From: an uncultured Thermodesulfobacteriota bacterium
Lineage (GTDB): Bacteria > Desulfobacterota > WTBG01 > CAIYCZ01 > CAIRTM01
NCBI GenBank assembly: GCA_964387595.1
Contig: CAYLYF010000005.1
Coordinates: 2,220 to 66,219, forward strand
DNA length: 64,000 bases
Direction: 5' to 3'
Positions 10,249-19,089 of the stretch are shown piece after piece. The translations under genes and the position numbers were made by a program. The first letter of the stretch is position 1. Each line of letters opens with the position of its first letter. Under the pieces are notes generated by a model. That model was given only the letters and a program-made list of their open reading frames with translations, did not search any database and had not been told where the DNA came from.

Positions 10249-11562
10249 TCAGCCCTTAACGATGTCTTCTGATGATGATTTCCAGTGTTTTTCAATAACA
10301 GCCGCAATTTTGGGTTTCTCTTTTCTGATCTGGTCAATATGGCTCATGATGGCCTTTTCCATCACATAGCCAGCCGTATTTTCGCTGACGTATCCGGCAT
10401 ATTCTTCATTGTTGGTCAGGCTGAAAATATAATCGAGTTCCTCATCCTGGAGCTGTCCGAGGCCGAACGCCTGCAATGCCTTTTCAATTTCACCGGGCCA
10501 GCAGTATTCAAAGCTTTCCCGCCAGAAATTAGTGTAGTCATCATATCCTTTTCCGGTCCCCAGAACTTTAAGCGCAGCTTGGGCTGCCAAATAACCATAC
10601 ATCAGTGCAGACTGACAATAGGTTTCAATAAACGCCGCAGAATCCCCCACCACAACAATATTTCCCTCAACCGGGTTCATAATACAGGTATAAAAATTAA
10701 GCATGCATGCCGCCTTGTGAACAATCTTGGCATTATGAAACCATTCCTTAAACGGTCCTTCGGTTAAAAACCAGTCCAGTCCCATTTTAGCCGGCATACC
10801 GCAGGGAGTTCCGCAAAAAACATCCAGGATAGGTTTGTCCCCTTCCTTTGCGTCAGCCAGATACTTGGGTACCATATAGATCTGGCCTTTGCCCCAGGGT
10901 GTATGTCCCTTGCCCACACAGGTTATCCAAGAATCCCAGTTTGGATAATCCACCTCATCCAGAAAATAGGAGGCCACCCTGTACGACCCAAAATATTTTC
11001 GGGTTTTGAACAGCTCAAGACCGGTGACAATCTGTGAGTTACAACCGTCCGCCGCGAAACAAACCCTGCACCAAACTTCTTTCTGCGTTCGCGTATGACT
11101 ATCACGAATCGTGACCTTTACCTTCCCGTCAATATTTTCCGCTCGGATACCCGCTGTTTCGGTCAGGATATCAACGCCATTGGCCAGAGACTCTTCCAGA
11201 AGATTTCGCAGGATGATCTCTTTAGTATACGGCAGAGCTACCCCGTTTTCACGGTTGACTATGGTCAGCTTGTTGCCGCCGGTTGACATCCTGGAGCTTT
11301 TAACCAGCTTCACATGAGGATGCCCATATTTTACGGTGATACCGGTTTTTTCAAAGTGCAGATCATTGTCAACAAAACGAACGGTTTCCCCATGGGTATT
11401 GGGTTCGTTAATCAGCATGGTACAGCAGGAACGGTAAACCTTTGATATTTCTTTTTTGATGTCGATTAGAAGAACATCCTGACTGGCAGCGGAGAGCTCT
11501 TTAGCGATCATCAATCCCGCAGGCCCTGCGCCTACCACGATAAAATCATATATTTTATTCAT
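10249..11562 (-). CDS. NAD(P)/FAD-dependent oxidoreductase, GGR/FixC-like (paralog 2)
   Basis: 437 aa. DFIVVGAGPAG, FAADGCNS, VVGDSA. Start overlaps the stop of the upstream ferredoxin. Confidence 0.85.
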   Translation of the reverse strand: MNKIYDFIVVGAGPAGLMIAKELSAASQDVLLIDIKKEISKVYRSCCTMLINEPNTHGETVRFVDNDLHFEKTGITVKYGHPHVKLVKSSRMSTGGNKLTIVNRENGVALPYTKEIILRNLLEESLANGVDILTETAGIRAENIDGKVKVTIRDSHTRTQKEVWCRVCFAADGCNSQIVTGLELFKTRKYFGSYRVASYFLDEVDYPNWDSWITCVGKGHTPWGKGQIYMVPKYLADAKEGDKPILDVFCGTPCGMPAKMGLDWFLTEGPFKEWFHNAKIVHKAACMLNFYTCIMNPVEGNIVVVGDSAAFIETYCQSALMYGYLAAQAALKVLGTGKGYDDYTNFWRESFEYCWPGEIEKALQAFGLGQLQDEELDYIFSLTNNEEYAGYVSENTAGYVMEKAIMSHIDQIRKEKPKIAAVIEKHWKSSSEDIVKG

Positions 11563-11792
11563 GAACGCTCCCCTTTTTCGTACGTATCGCTAGTGAAATT
11601 AAGCAACAATATTTCCGGAAAGCGACAGTCGCAATAAATCGCATCCACACCGCAGGCAGCCCTGCAGGTACCACACTCTATACAGGATACTTGATCAATA
11701 AAAGACTTGTCCTCGACGAACCGTATGGCCAGTCTCGGGCAGAGATTAACACAGGCTCCGCAGCCTACGCATATTTCACGATCTACTTTCAT
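11559..11792 (-). CDS. 2x[4Fe-4S] ferredoxin
   Basis: 77 aa. CVGCGACVNLCP and CIECGTCRAACG. Confidence 0.92.
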   Translation of the reverse strand: MKVDREICVGCGACVNLCPRLAIRFVEDKSFIDQVSCIECGTCRAACGVDAIYCDCRFPEILLLNFTSDTYEKGERS

Positions 11793-11832
11793 AACCTATC
11801 CACATCCATTTATAGTTAATATCGCTTACCAA

Positions 11833-12597
11833 TCATGTACGGCAATGACGGCAAATATCATAAAAATCTTTTGACAATCCGGCTTCTTTGGAAAAATAAG
11901 CCAGCTGATTTTCAGGTGCAAAAGTTTCTCCGCATTCTTTGCAGGTTTTGAGCTTGAGATTAACTTTCCAGTTCTGAATGATCCTTGCAGGCCCCTGTAC
12001 TTTGGTACCGTCATGGGCAACAGCTGTTTCACCTTCCTCAATATCAATAAGCTTTATGGCACCGGTCGGACAGATTTCCGCACAGGTACCGCAGCCGATA
12101 CAGTCTTCTGCTTTTTCATAGAATGGAGATACTGCCAGCTTTTCATAACCGCGGTTAGCAAAACCAATGGCGCTCATACCGACCAGTTCGCTGCAGGCCC
12201 GGACACATCTGCCGCAGGCAATACAGAGTTCGTTCCTTGGCGCAAAGCGTTTCACCGGTTTAACCCCAAGGTCACGTGCCAGATCCTGAATTACTTTTGC
12301 CTCAGGCGCTTCTGACAACAGCAGTTCAATAATGCAGGCCCGAATACCCCTGATCTTTTCTGTGGCTGTAAGAACGGTCAGGCCCTCTTCAGCCTTATAT
12401 ACGCAAGAACTGACAACATGTGACACACCGCCTCTGTTTATTTCTACCACACACAGCCTGCATCCACCCGTTGGGGTGAGTGAATCATGATGACATAAAG
12501 TTGGGATCCAGACACCGATCTTTTGAGCTGCCTGTAAGAGAGTGGCTCCTTCCGGAACCTGTACCTGAACTTCATCAATTTTGAGTGTTACCATCAT
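11833..12597 (-). CDS. NuoG/HydA N-terminal-like (HoxU/BamI-type) Fe-S subunit without a catalytic domain
   Basis: 254 aa. [2Fe-2S] motif IPTLCHH..GGCRLCVVE..SSC, two [4Fe-4S] motifs (CIACGRCVRAC, CIGCGTCAEICP), extra C-terminal CKEC..CRHC. No H-cluster or Mo-bisPGD domain. Confidence 0.88.
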   Translation of the reverse strand: MMVTLKIDEVQVQVPEGATLLQAAQKIGVWIPTLCHHDSLTPTGGCRLCVVEINRGGVSHVVSSCVYKAEEGLTVLTATEKIRGIRACIIELLLSEAPEAKVIQDLARDLGVKPVKRFAPRNELCIACGRCVRACSELVGMSAIGFANRGYEKLAVSPFYEKAEDCIGCGTCAEICPTGAIKLIDIEEGETAVAHDGTKVQGPARIIQNWKVNLKLKTCKECGETFAPENQLAYFSKEAGLSKDFYDICRHCRT

Positions 12598-12671
12598 AAC
12601 TCCTTGGAATATAAGGAAAAGACTTAAATACTCTAAACCTTTTCCTGTTTATAACATAAATATCCAACCTG

Positions 12672-14543
12672 TTAGGTCAGTACAGCGCCCACAGGACAAA
12701 TTTCTGAGCAGGCGCCGCACTTGATGCATTTTTTTAAATTAATTTTATGCGCCTTTTTCTTTTCACCGCTTACAGCTGCACTGGGGCAGGCCTTTAGACA
12801 GGCACCGCATCCAATACATGCTTTTTTATCAATTGAATATTTAACAAGTTCACGGCATACACCTGCCGGACATTTCTTATCCTTAATATGCGCCAGGTAC
12901 TCATCCTTAAAATATTTCAAGGTAGACAGTACCGGGTTAGGTGCTGTCCGGCCAAGTCCGCACAAAGCTGAGTCCTTAATCGTACCCGCCAGTTTTTCAA
13001 GCAATGCAAGGTCTTTTATCGTTCCACGGCCTTCACATATGTCCTCAAGAATTTCTCTCATTCTTCTAACGCCCACACGGCAGGGAGTACACTTACCGCA
13101 GGATTCGTCTTCCAGAAACCTGAGGAAATAAAGAGCCACATCGACCATACATGTTTTTTCATCCATGACGATCAGACCGCCGGATCCCATAATAGAACCG
13201 GTCTCAGCCAGTTTATCATAATCCACAGGCATATCGATCAGACTTTCAGGGATACAGCCGCCGGACGGGCCGCCGGTCTGAACAGCTTTGAATGCCTTAT
13301 CTCCAGGAATACCGCCGCCGATATCAAAAATAATTTCCCGCAGGCTTATTCCCATAGGCACTTCGACCAGTCCTACATTATTAACTTTTCCAACCAGAGA
13401 AAACACCTTGGTTCCCTTACTGGTTTCTGTTCCCACAGCAGAAAACAATTTTGCACCGTTCTTAACCAGAGCTGGAACATTGGCCAGAGTTTCAACATTA
13501 TTTATTATGGTGGGACATCCATACAAGCCCTGTACAGCTGGGTATGGCGGTCTTTGCTGCGGTTCACCGCATTCACCTTCAACAGACTGAATCAAAGCTG
13601 TTTCTTCACCACATACAAAGGCACCGGCACCCCGACTGATACGGATATCAAAACTAAAATCAGACTTTAAGACTGAATCACCGATAATACCGTTTTCACG
13701 GGCCTTTTCAATGGCTATCTCCAATCGCTGAATCGCCAGTGGATATTCATCTCTCACATAGATCACGCCCTGGGAAGCACCGACAGCATAGCCGGCAATG
13801 AGCATGCCCTCTATTACTGCATGCGGATCGCCTTCAAGGATACTTCTGTCCATATAGGCACCCGGATCACCTTCATCCGCATTACATATAATATATTTTT
13901 GTTTACCGCGAGCCTTTCGACAGGTCTTCCATTTAAGTCCGGTTGAGAAACCGCCACCGCCGCGTCCGCGCAAGCCGGCTTTCTTCACTTCATTAATGAC
14001 CTGCATAGACGTTTTTTCACTCAGTGCAGTAGCCAGACCTTCATAACCGCCAAGGGCGACATATTCATCAATATTTTCCGGATCAATAATACCACAGTTG
14101 CGCAGCGCAACCCGATGCTGTTTGCAGTAAAAAGCATGGCTTTTGCTGTCAGGCACATTTTCACAGCAGGGCTCGTCAGCAGATGGATCTAATGATGTTT
14201 GTAGCAGCGCTCCTTCCGGAATCGTATCCAGTTTAATCGCAGCCAGTATTGCCTGAACTTCATCATGAGTTACCTTACCATAGGTCAGCCTGACTTTACC
14301 GGGTATCCAGACATCAACCAAAGGTTCCTGATGACACATACCGTTACATCCGGCTTTTTGAACTTGAACATCCATTTTGCGCTTTTTAATCCCTTTAATA
14401 AAAGCGTCCAAAACGGTCTGTGCACCTGCAGCAAGGCCGCAGGAGGCAAAACCAACCGAAATCTTGATTCGTTCGGGCAACAGTGAAGCCTGCCCGGATT
14501 TTTCCAGTTTCTCTAAATGCGTAAAAGGTTTACCCTTCATCAT
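12672..14543 (-). CDS. NuoF/HydB/HoxF-family NADH/FMN-binding subunit (long form)
   Basis: 623 aa. GLRGRGGGGF, NADEGDPGAYMDRS, GAGAFVCGEETAL, GGPSGGC, ESCGKCTPCR; N-terminal Trx-like [2Fe-2S] domain and C-terminal 2x[4Fe-4S]. Confidence 0.95.
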   Translation of the reverse strand: MMKGKPFTHLEKLEKSGQASLLPERIKISVGFASCGLAAGAQTVLDAFIKGIKKRKMDVQVQKAGCNGMCHQEPLVDVWIPGKVRLTYGKVTHDEVQAILAAIKLDTIPEGALLQTSLDPSADEPCCENVPDSKSHAFYCKQHRVALRNCGIIDPENIDEYVALGGYEGLATALSEKTSMQVINEVKKAGLRGRGGGGFSTGLKWKTCRKARGKQKYIICNADEGDPGAYMDRSILEGDPHAVIEGMLIAGYAVGASQGVIYVRDEYPLAIQRLEIAIEKARENGIIGDSVLKSDFSFDIRISRGAGAFVCGEETALIQSVEGECGEPQQRPPYPAVQGLYGCPTIINNVETLANVPALVKNGAKLFSAVGTETSKGTKVFSLVGKVNNVGLVEVPMGISLREIIFDIGGGIPGDKAFKAVQTGGPSGGCIPESLIDMPVDYDKLAETGSIMGSGGLIVMDEKTCMVDVALYFLRFLEDESCGKCTPCRVGVRRMREILEDICEGRGTIKDLALLEKLAGTIKDSALCGLGRTAPNPVLSTLKYFKDEYLAHIKDKKCPAGVCRELVKYSIDKKACIGCGACLKACPSAAVSGEKKKAHKINLKKCIKCGACSEICPVGAVLT

Positions 14544-15016
14544 TTATTGTCTTTTCTATATTGTTGAAGTAAATTTCCGGTTTTAACCTGAGTCATGCCG
14601 CCGTGAATATCGTCATTGATTTTAACCACCGGAGCCATACTGCAGCATCCGAGACAGCGGACTTTTTTTAAGGTAAACTCACCATCAGCACTGGTTCCTT
14701 CACCGGCTTCAATTCCAAGCTCACGGGAAACACTCTGCGTCAGGTTATCCGCATTTTTAACATGACAGGCGGTACCCGTACATACACTGACAGTGTTTTT
14801 CCCCTGGGGATCCAGACTGAATGAATGATAAAAAGAAGCAACAGCAAATATTTTACTGAGGGGAATCTCTAATTCTTCAGATGCATGCGACAAGACCTCC
14901 TTCGGCAGATAACCGAATTCTGACTGAATGTCCTGCAGCAGCGTGATCAGTGTTCCCTTTTCCTCTTTATGTTTTTGAACTATTTGCTTAACTTTATTTT
15001 TTCGTGGCAATTTCAT
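14540..15016 (-). CDS. NuoE/HydC-family [2Fe-2S] subunit
   Basis: LITLLQDIQSEFGYLP, VASFYHSF, VCTGTACHVK, VRCLGCCSMAPVV. Start set at MKLPRK (15016), overlapping the end of the PorB-like gene. Confidence 0.93.
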   Translation of the reverse strand: MKLPRKNKVKQIVQKHKEEKGTLITLLQDIQSEFGYLPKEVLSHASEELEIPLSKIFAVASFYHSFSLDPQGKNTVSVCTGTACHVKNADNLTQSVSRELGIEAGEGTSADGEFTLKKVRCLGCCSMAPVVKINDDIHGGMTQVKTGNLLQQYRKDNK

Positions 15017-15935
15017 GGATTGTTCCCGTTTTTTGAATGTCCTCATAAAATTCATCAACAGCCGTCTGAAATGCAGGCATCAGACTTGCTGGAAAGGTGA
15101 AAAAGCGCTTTTGTAAAGCCAGATATTCCTGAACCGGTTTACGGTTTTTCGACTGTATCGTGAGCCGGATAACACCGTCAATTACTTCGTACAGCGGAAA
15201 ATATCCGGTTAAGACCGCCCTGCGGCCGATATCAAGTGTTTTATTCGAAGCAAATATCCATCCGGTGGGGCACGGGGTCAAAACCAGGATAAAAGCATTA
15301 CCAGGACTGTCAAGGCCCCGACGGACCTTTTCGATCAGATCAAACGGATGGCTTGGACAGGCTGTTGCCATATAAGAAAAATCTTCTTTCGCAGCAACAG
15401 CGGGAATATTTTTTTGCCGGACAGCATCCCTGACATCCTTTTCATTAACAGAATGTTTTCTTTCATTCTGTATAAAAGGCCGGGGAATTGCCCTGCGGAT
15501 AAGTGTATCCATAGCAGGTTCATTATCAAAACAGACAATCAAAGCATTTTTATTCTTCAAAAAACGCTGTAAAACAACATAATCACTGTCAAGCACCTTT
15601 CGGTCAATCCCGATCACAGGCTTTTTAACCGCCACATGAGACGACTTAGACTGACGGGCTGACTTTGCATTAAAACTGTCTATTACAAAGACAAGTTTTT
15701 CAAGAGTGTCTGCTGTATTCACACGGTCATGTGCAAAAGTGTTTGCGCTCAGAGCCGAATTGGAAATTCCGGTATGACCGTTTATACCGCCCAGCGCCGG
15801 ATCTGCGCTATCAGTTACTTTGGATACAAGCCGTGCGGCCAGAGACTTAACACACCCTTTACATGAGCGCCTTCCGCTTAGAAAGCGTTCCTGACGGGGT
15901 AAAATTTTCGGTACAAATACAGAGAACCTATCCAT
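14994..15935 (-). CDS. Degenerate 2-oxoacid:ferredoxin oxidoreductase beta-subunit-like protein (PorB/PadI-like)
   Basis: Retains SGRRSCKGC, CFDNE, YMATACPSHPFDL, TPCPTGW and GYFPLYE, but lacks the GDG TPP-binding motif. GGAGG RBS before MDRFSVF. Confidence 0.75.
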   Translation of the reverse strand: MDRFSVFVPKILPRQERFLSGRRSCKGCVKSLAARLVSKVTDSADPALGGINGHTGISNSALSANTFAHDRVNTADTLEKLVFVIDSFNAKSARQSKSSHVAVKKPVIGIDRKVLDSDYVVLQRFLKNKNALIVCFDNEPAMDTLIRRAIPRPFIQNERKHSVNEKDVRDAVRQKNIPAVAAKEDFSYMATACPSHPFDLIEKVRRGLDSPGNAFILVLTPCPTGWIFASNKTLDIGRRAVLTGYFPLYEVIDGVIRLTIQSKNRKPVQEYLALQKRFFTFPASLMPAFQTAVDEFYEDIQKTGTIHEIATKK

Positions 15936-15958
15936 TAATAAGTTGCCTCCCAAACATA

Positions 15959-16249
15959 TTATTTAACCAGCCACGGAGCGCGCTCTACGGCAATTTCCAG
16001 TGATATACAACCGGTGACACACTGCTGTATGCAAAGACCGCAGCCTTTACAATACGTTAAATCCGCTGCATAGAATCCGTCTTCATTTTGAAAAATGGCA
16101 CCGTCAGGACAGGACAGATAGCATATTCCACAGCGCACACATTTTTGCGTATCCCATACAGGCCTCTCAAAACGCCAGTCATCATTTATCTTAAAATCAT
16201 CAGTAATTGGATTAACGGACCCAAATTTTATACAATCTTGTTTTTTCAT
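15959..16249 (-). CDS. 2-oxoacid:ferredoxin oxidoreductase delta-subunit-like ferredoxin (PorD/PadF-like)
   Basis: 96 aa. DWRFERPVWDTQKCVRCGICYLSCPDG and CKGCGLCIQQC. Confidence 0.88.
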   Translation of the reverse strand: MKKQDCIKFGSVNPITDDFKINDDWRFERPVWDTQKCVRCGICYLSCPDGAIFQNEDGFYAADLTYCKGCGLCIQQCVTGCISLEIAVERAPWLVK

Positions 16250-16335
16250 CTTTATCTGCTTAATTAGTAGTTTAAGTATTTTTTGTTAAACTGCTTACTT
16301 AAGTTATTATTATTTAAAACCCAGGAAAATAAAAA

Positions 16336-17661
16336 TCAATAACAGGGATAGCCTATCCGGCTGGCCTTACTCATCATTAAAGCTGCTCTTTCCGGGGTAA
16401 ACATCTCAATTTTTTTAGCAATTATCGGACGCTCTTTTCTGATGGTTTCCAAATGTGGTTTTAAGCCCTGGCTGATCCCCCGGTACATCAAAAAGGGATT
16501 CATCGTCCAAGGAAGCTTGGTGTCAACGATCTGGTGGAGATAGTTATGCTCCTCCTCATTAAACAGCCTGTTAAATACTGGATATAAAACAAATTCTTTA
16601 TAATCATGGGTTTCCACCCAGTTTTTCTGCCACCAGTCAATATAATCTTTCACCCCTTCACGGTTCACCTGGCCTGTATGCAGGGCTTTACACACAGCAT
16701 TTGCCGCCTTATGTCCCGATAGCAGCGCACCGGTATTTTCCGCTTCAGCAAACCAGCAGCTGTCTCCCACAAATATTATATTATCCTTAAAAGGCTCTTT
16801 GGCAGGGCTCCAGTTGCTTATAACTGCACAGCGCTCATGGGTAATCTCCACATTCTTAAACCAGTGCTTATAGTTACTTTGCTGAGTCAGATATTCAAGC
16901 CGTTCCTTACCTTGAATATAAAGCCAGTATTCGTCCGGACTGTAAACACTTGGAAGCATACTGAACATGATCGTACCCAGCTGACCCGGACCATAACAAA
17001 GTCCAAGAGCGATCATTTCGGAGCGGTCAAATTCAACCCCAGTGATATAGTAGCTGTTGGCACGGCCGGTATTAATAAAAATCCGGTCACGATTCAGACC
17101 CGAGATCCGGGCAAGTCTTGAATTAGCACCATCGGCAGCTATACAGAAGCTGCCCGTAAAAGAATCTCCTTCCGCTGTTTTAACACGGACACCCTCCGGG
17201 GTGTTTCTGGCAGAAATCACATTCCGGCCCAGATAAAAATCTACAGTTGCCTGAATTCCCTCTTCATAAATACCGCCAAGGAGTGCGCCTTTATCAAAGA
17301 CAACCGCGGGCACACCCGCACCGGAAGCATTTTTTTCATAATCACCGATCTCAATACGGTCTTTTCCATTTGGCGCAATAAAATGGAGGGCGTAAAATTC
17401 ACGATAATCGCCGGCATAGTTTACTGAGAAATTATTCACCGGAAATACCCAGCGTTTTTGCTCGCGTGAAAAGTACATGTTTTCATTATAGAATGAATCC
17501 ATATTCAGCAGAAACATCTGCGCACAGGACCGCTGAATCTTTGCAGGATCTGTTTTGCGTTCGATCAATGCTACTTTCAGTCCGTTCTGAGCCGCAGTTT
17601 TTGCCGCTTCAAGTCCAGACGTTCCACCGCCAACAACGATTAAATCATATTTTTCAGACAT
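16336..17661 (-). CDS. NAD(P)/FAD-dependent oxidoreductase, GGR/FixC-like (paralog 3)
   Basis: 441 aa. DLIVVGGGTSG, IAADGANS, FVGDSC. Clearly alignable to 6273-7622. Confidence 0.85.
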   Translation of the reverse strand: MSEKYDLIVVGGGTSGLEAAKTAAQNGLKVALIERKTDPAKIQRSCAQMFLLNMDSFYNENMYFSREQKRWVFPVNNFSVNYAGDYREFYALHFIAPNGKDRIEIGDYEKNASGAGVPAVVFDKGALLGGIYEEGIQATVDFYLGRNVISARNTPEGVRVKTAEGDSFTGSFCIAADGANSRLARISGLNRDRIFINTGRANSYYITGVEFDRSEMIALGLCYGPGQLGTIMFSMLPSVYSPDEYWLYIQGKERLEYLTQQSNYKHWFKNVEITHERCAVISNWSPAKEPFKDNIIFVGDSCWFAEAENTGALLSGHKAANAVCKALHTGQVNREGVKDYIDWWQKNWVETHDYKEFVLYPVFNRLFNEEEHNYLHQIVDTKLPWTMNPFLMYRGISQGLKPHLETIRKERPIIAKKIEMFTPERAALMMSKASRIGYPCY

Positions 17662-17922
17662 AGATACTCTCCAAAATGTTCTGTATCTTTAAATTGTTTC
17701 AAACAAAATATTCAAGCATTTGTGATGTTATAGGATATATCTCATTGCTTATAGTATGATGGATGTATTCTTTAGCACTACTTATTTTATATTCGAAGAT
17801 TTCCGCTGTGTCAAGAATAAAATTTATTTTTCTATCTATCTTTAGTTATTTTAGAGTTTCGCCATTTTATTTTTTTGCAGACACGGAAAATAACACCGGA
17901 AATTCCGAAGGAAACAAAACTT

Positions 17923-18303
17923 CTATTTTAGTGACGCAATATTTTCATAAAATGAATCTATTACCGGTACCATAAGTGCCGATATCTCTTTAAGAAATGA
18001 TTTTCCAAAGGAAGTCAGCGAATAATACTTTCTGTTTGCACCCTGAGCAGACGGTTCTTTGATACTTTTAAGAATTCCTTCTGCCTCCAACGTCCGCAGT
18101 TTTTTGTAAAGGTTATTGCGGTCAATGTCAAAAGCACCTTCTGTAATAGTATAGATCTCATCCTTTATTTCATAAGCATATTTTGGGCTTCTGCTGATAA
18201 GAGACAGTACTGTAAATTGCAGAAATCCCCGTTTAATGTCAAATTGAAGTTGTTCAAGATGCTTACTCAGTATTTGCTGCTCGTTGATGTTTAATTTCAC
18301 CAT
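17923..18303 (-). CDS. PadR-family transcriptional regulator
   Basis: 126 aa. YAYEIKDEI, NLYKKLRTLEAEG, NRKYYSLTSFG. Confidence 0.9.
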   Translation of the reverse strand: MVKLNINEQQILSKHLEQLQFDIKRGFLQFTVLSLISRSPKYAYEIKDEIYTITEGAFDIDRNNLYKKLRTLEAEGILKSIKEPSAQGANRKYYSLTSFGKSFLKEISALMVPVIDSFYENIASLK

Positions 18304-18632
18304 TTTTTCAGCCTTGAGTAAAGGTTAGAGATATAGTTTGATAAGATACATTTACACACACTAGTTCTAACAAAATTAAAAGTCAAGCATGAAATTATTT
18401 TTTTGAAGCTTAAGATTAGAATAAATATAAATTGAGGACCGTCAAGGTCCGGAATCCATATCGCCACATCACATTATTTAAATGTTTAATAACAAATGCT
18501 GTTTTGAACAATAACCGTTAAATAACAAATCATGAAAAGACCTATACATAAATATCTCTTGAATTAGTTTTTTAAATCAGGTATATCTTCTTGCAAAATA
18601 GATAAATTTTTTTAATAAAAAAATAAGAATCA

Positions 18633-19016
18633 ATGAAAACCAAAAAAAATAAATTATTAGAAAAAGAAATAATCAAACAGCATCATGATCAGATCGTATT
18701 TGACCTGAAACGGGCCTTCCTGCAATCTATAACCCTGATATTGATCAATCAGGGATCAAAATACACATATGAAATAAAGGCCGATATCTTAAAACTCTCA
18801 AAAGGCGGTTTTGACATTGACCGTAATAATCTCTATAAAAAGCTGAGATCGCTTGAAAAAGACGGTGTCCTAGACAGTCATCTTGAACCTTCCGCTAAAG
18901 GAGCACAGCGTAAATACTATACCATAACACCCCAGGGACAAGAATTGCTGACCAGAAGCATCGCGACTTTATCTCCCCTGATCTCTTCATTAAAGGAACA
19001 TCTTGTGAACAGGTAA
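18633..19016 (+). CDS. PadR-family transcriptional regulator (divergent paralog)
   Basis: 127 aa. YTYEIKADI, FDIDRNNLYKKLRSLEKDG, RKYYTITPQG. Confidence 0.9.
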   Translation: MKTKKNKLLEKEIIKQHHDQIVFDLKRAFLQSITLILINQGSKYTYEIKADILKLSKGGFDIDRNNLYKKLRSLEKDGVLDSHLEPSAKGAQRKYYTITPQGQELLTRSIATLSPLISSLKEHLVNR

Positions 19017-19089
19017 AGACTCAATAGTTAACCTTAAGGTCACCCTGCAATCTATAATAATTTCGGAATCTCCTGATTATAACCAGCAA

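Noticed and set aside
11833-14543. Calling the module a hydrogenase, formate dehydrogenase or respiratory complex I
   Set aside because: No H-cluster, NiFe large subunit, Mo/W-bisPGD domain or membrane Nuo subunits in the window, and no in-frame TGA/SECIS extension was noticed.
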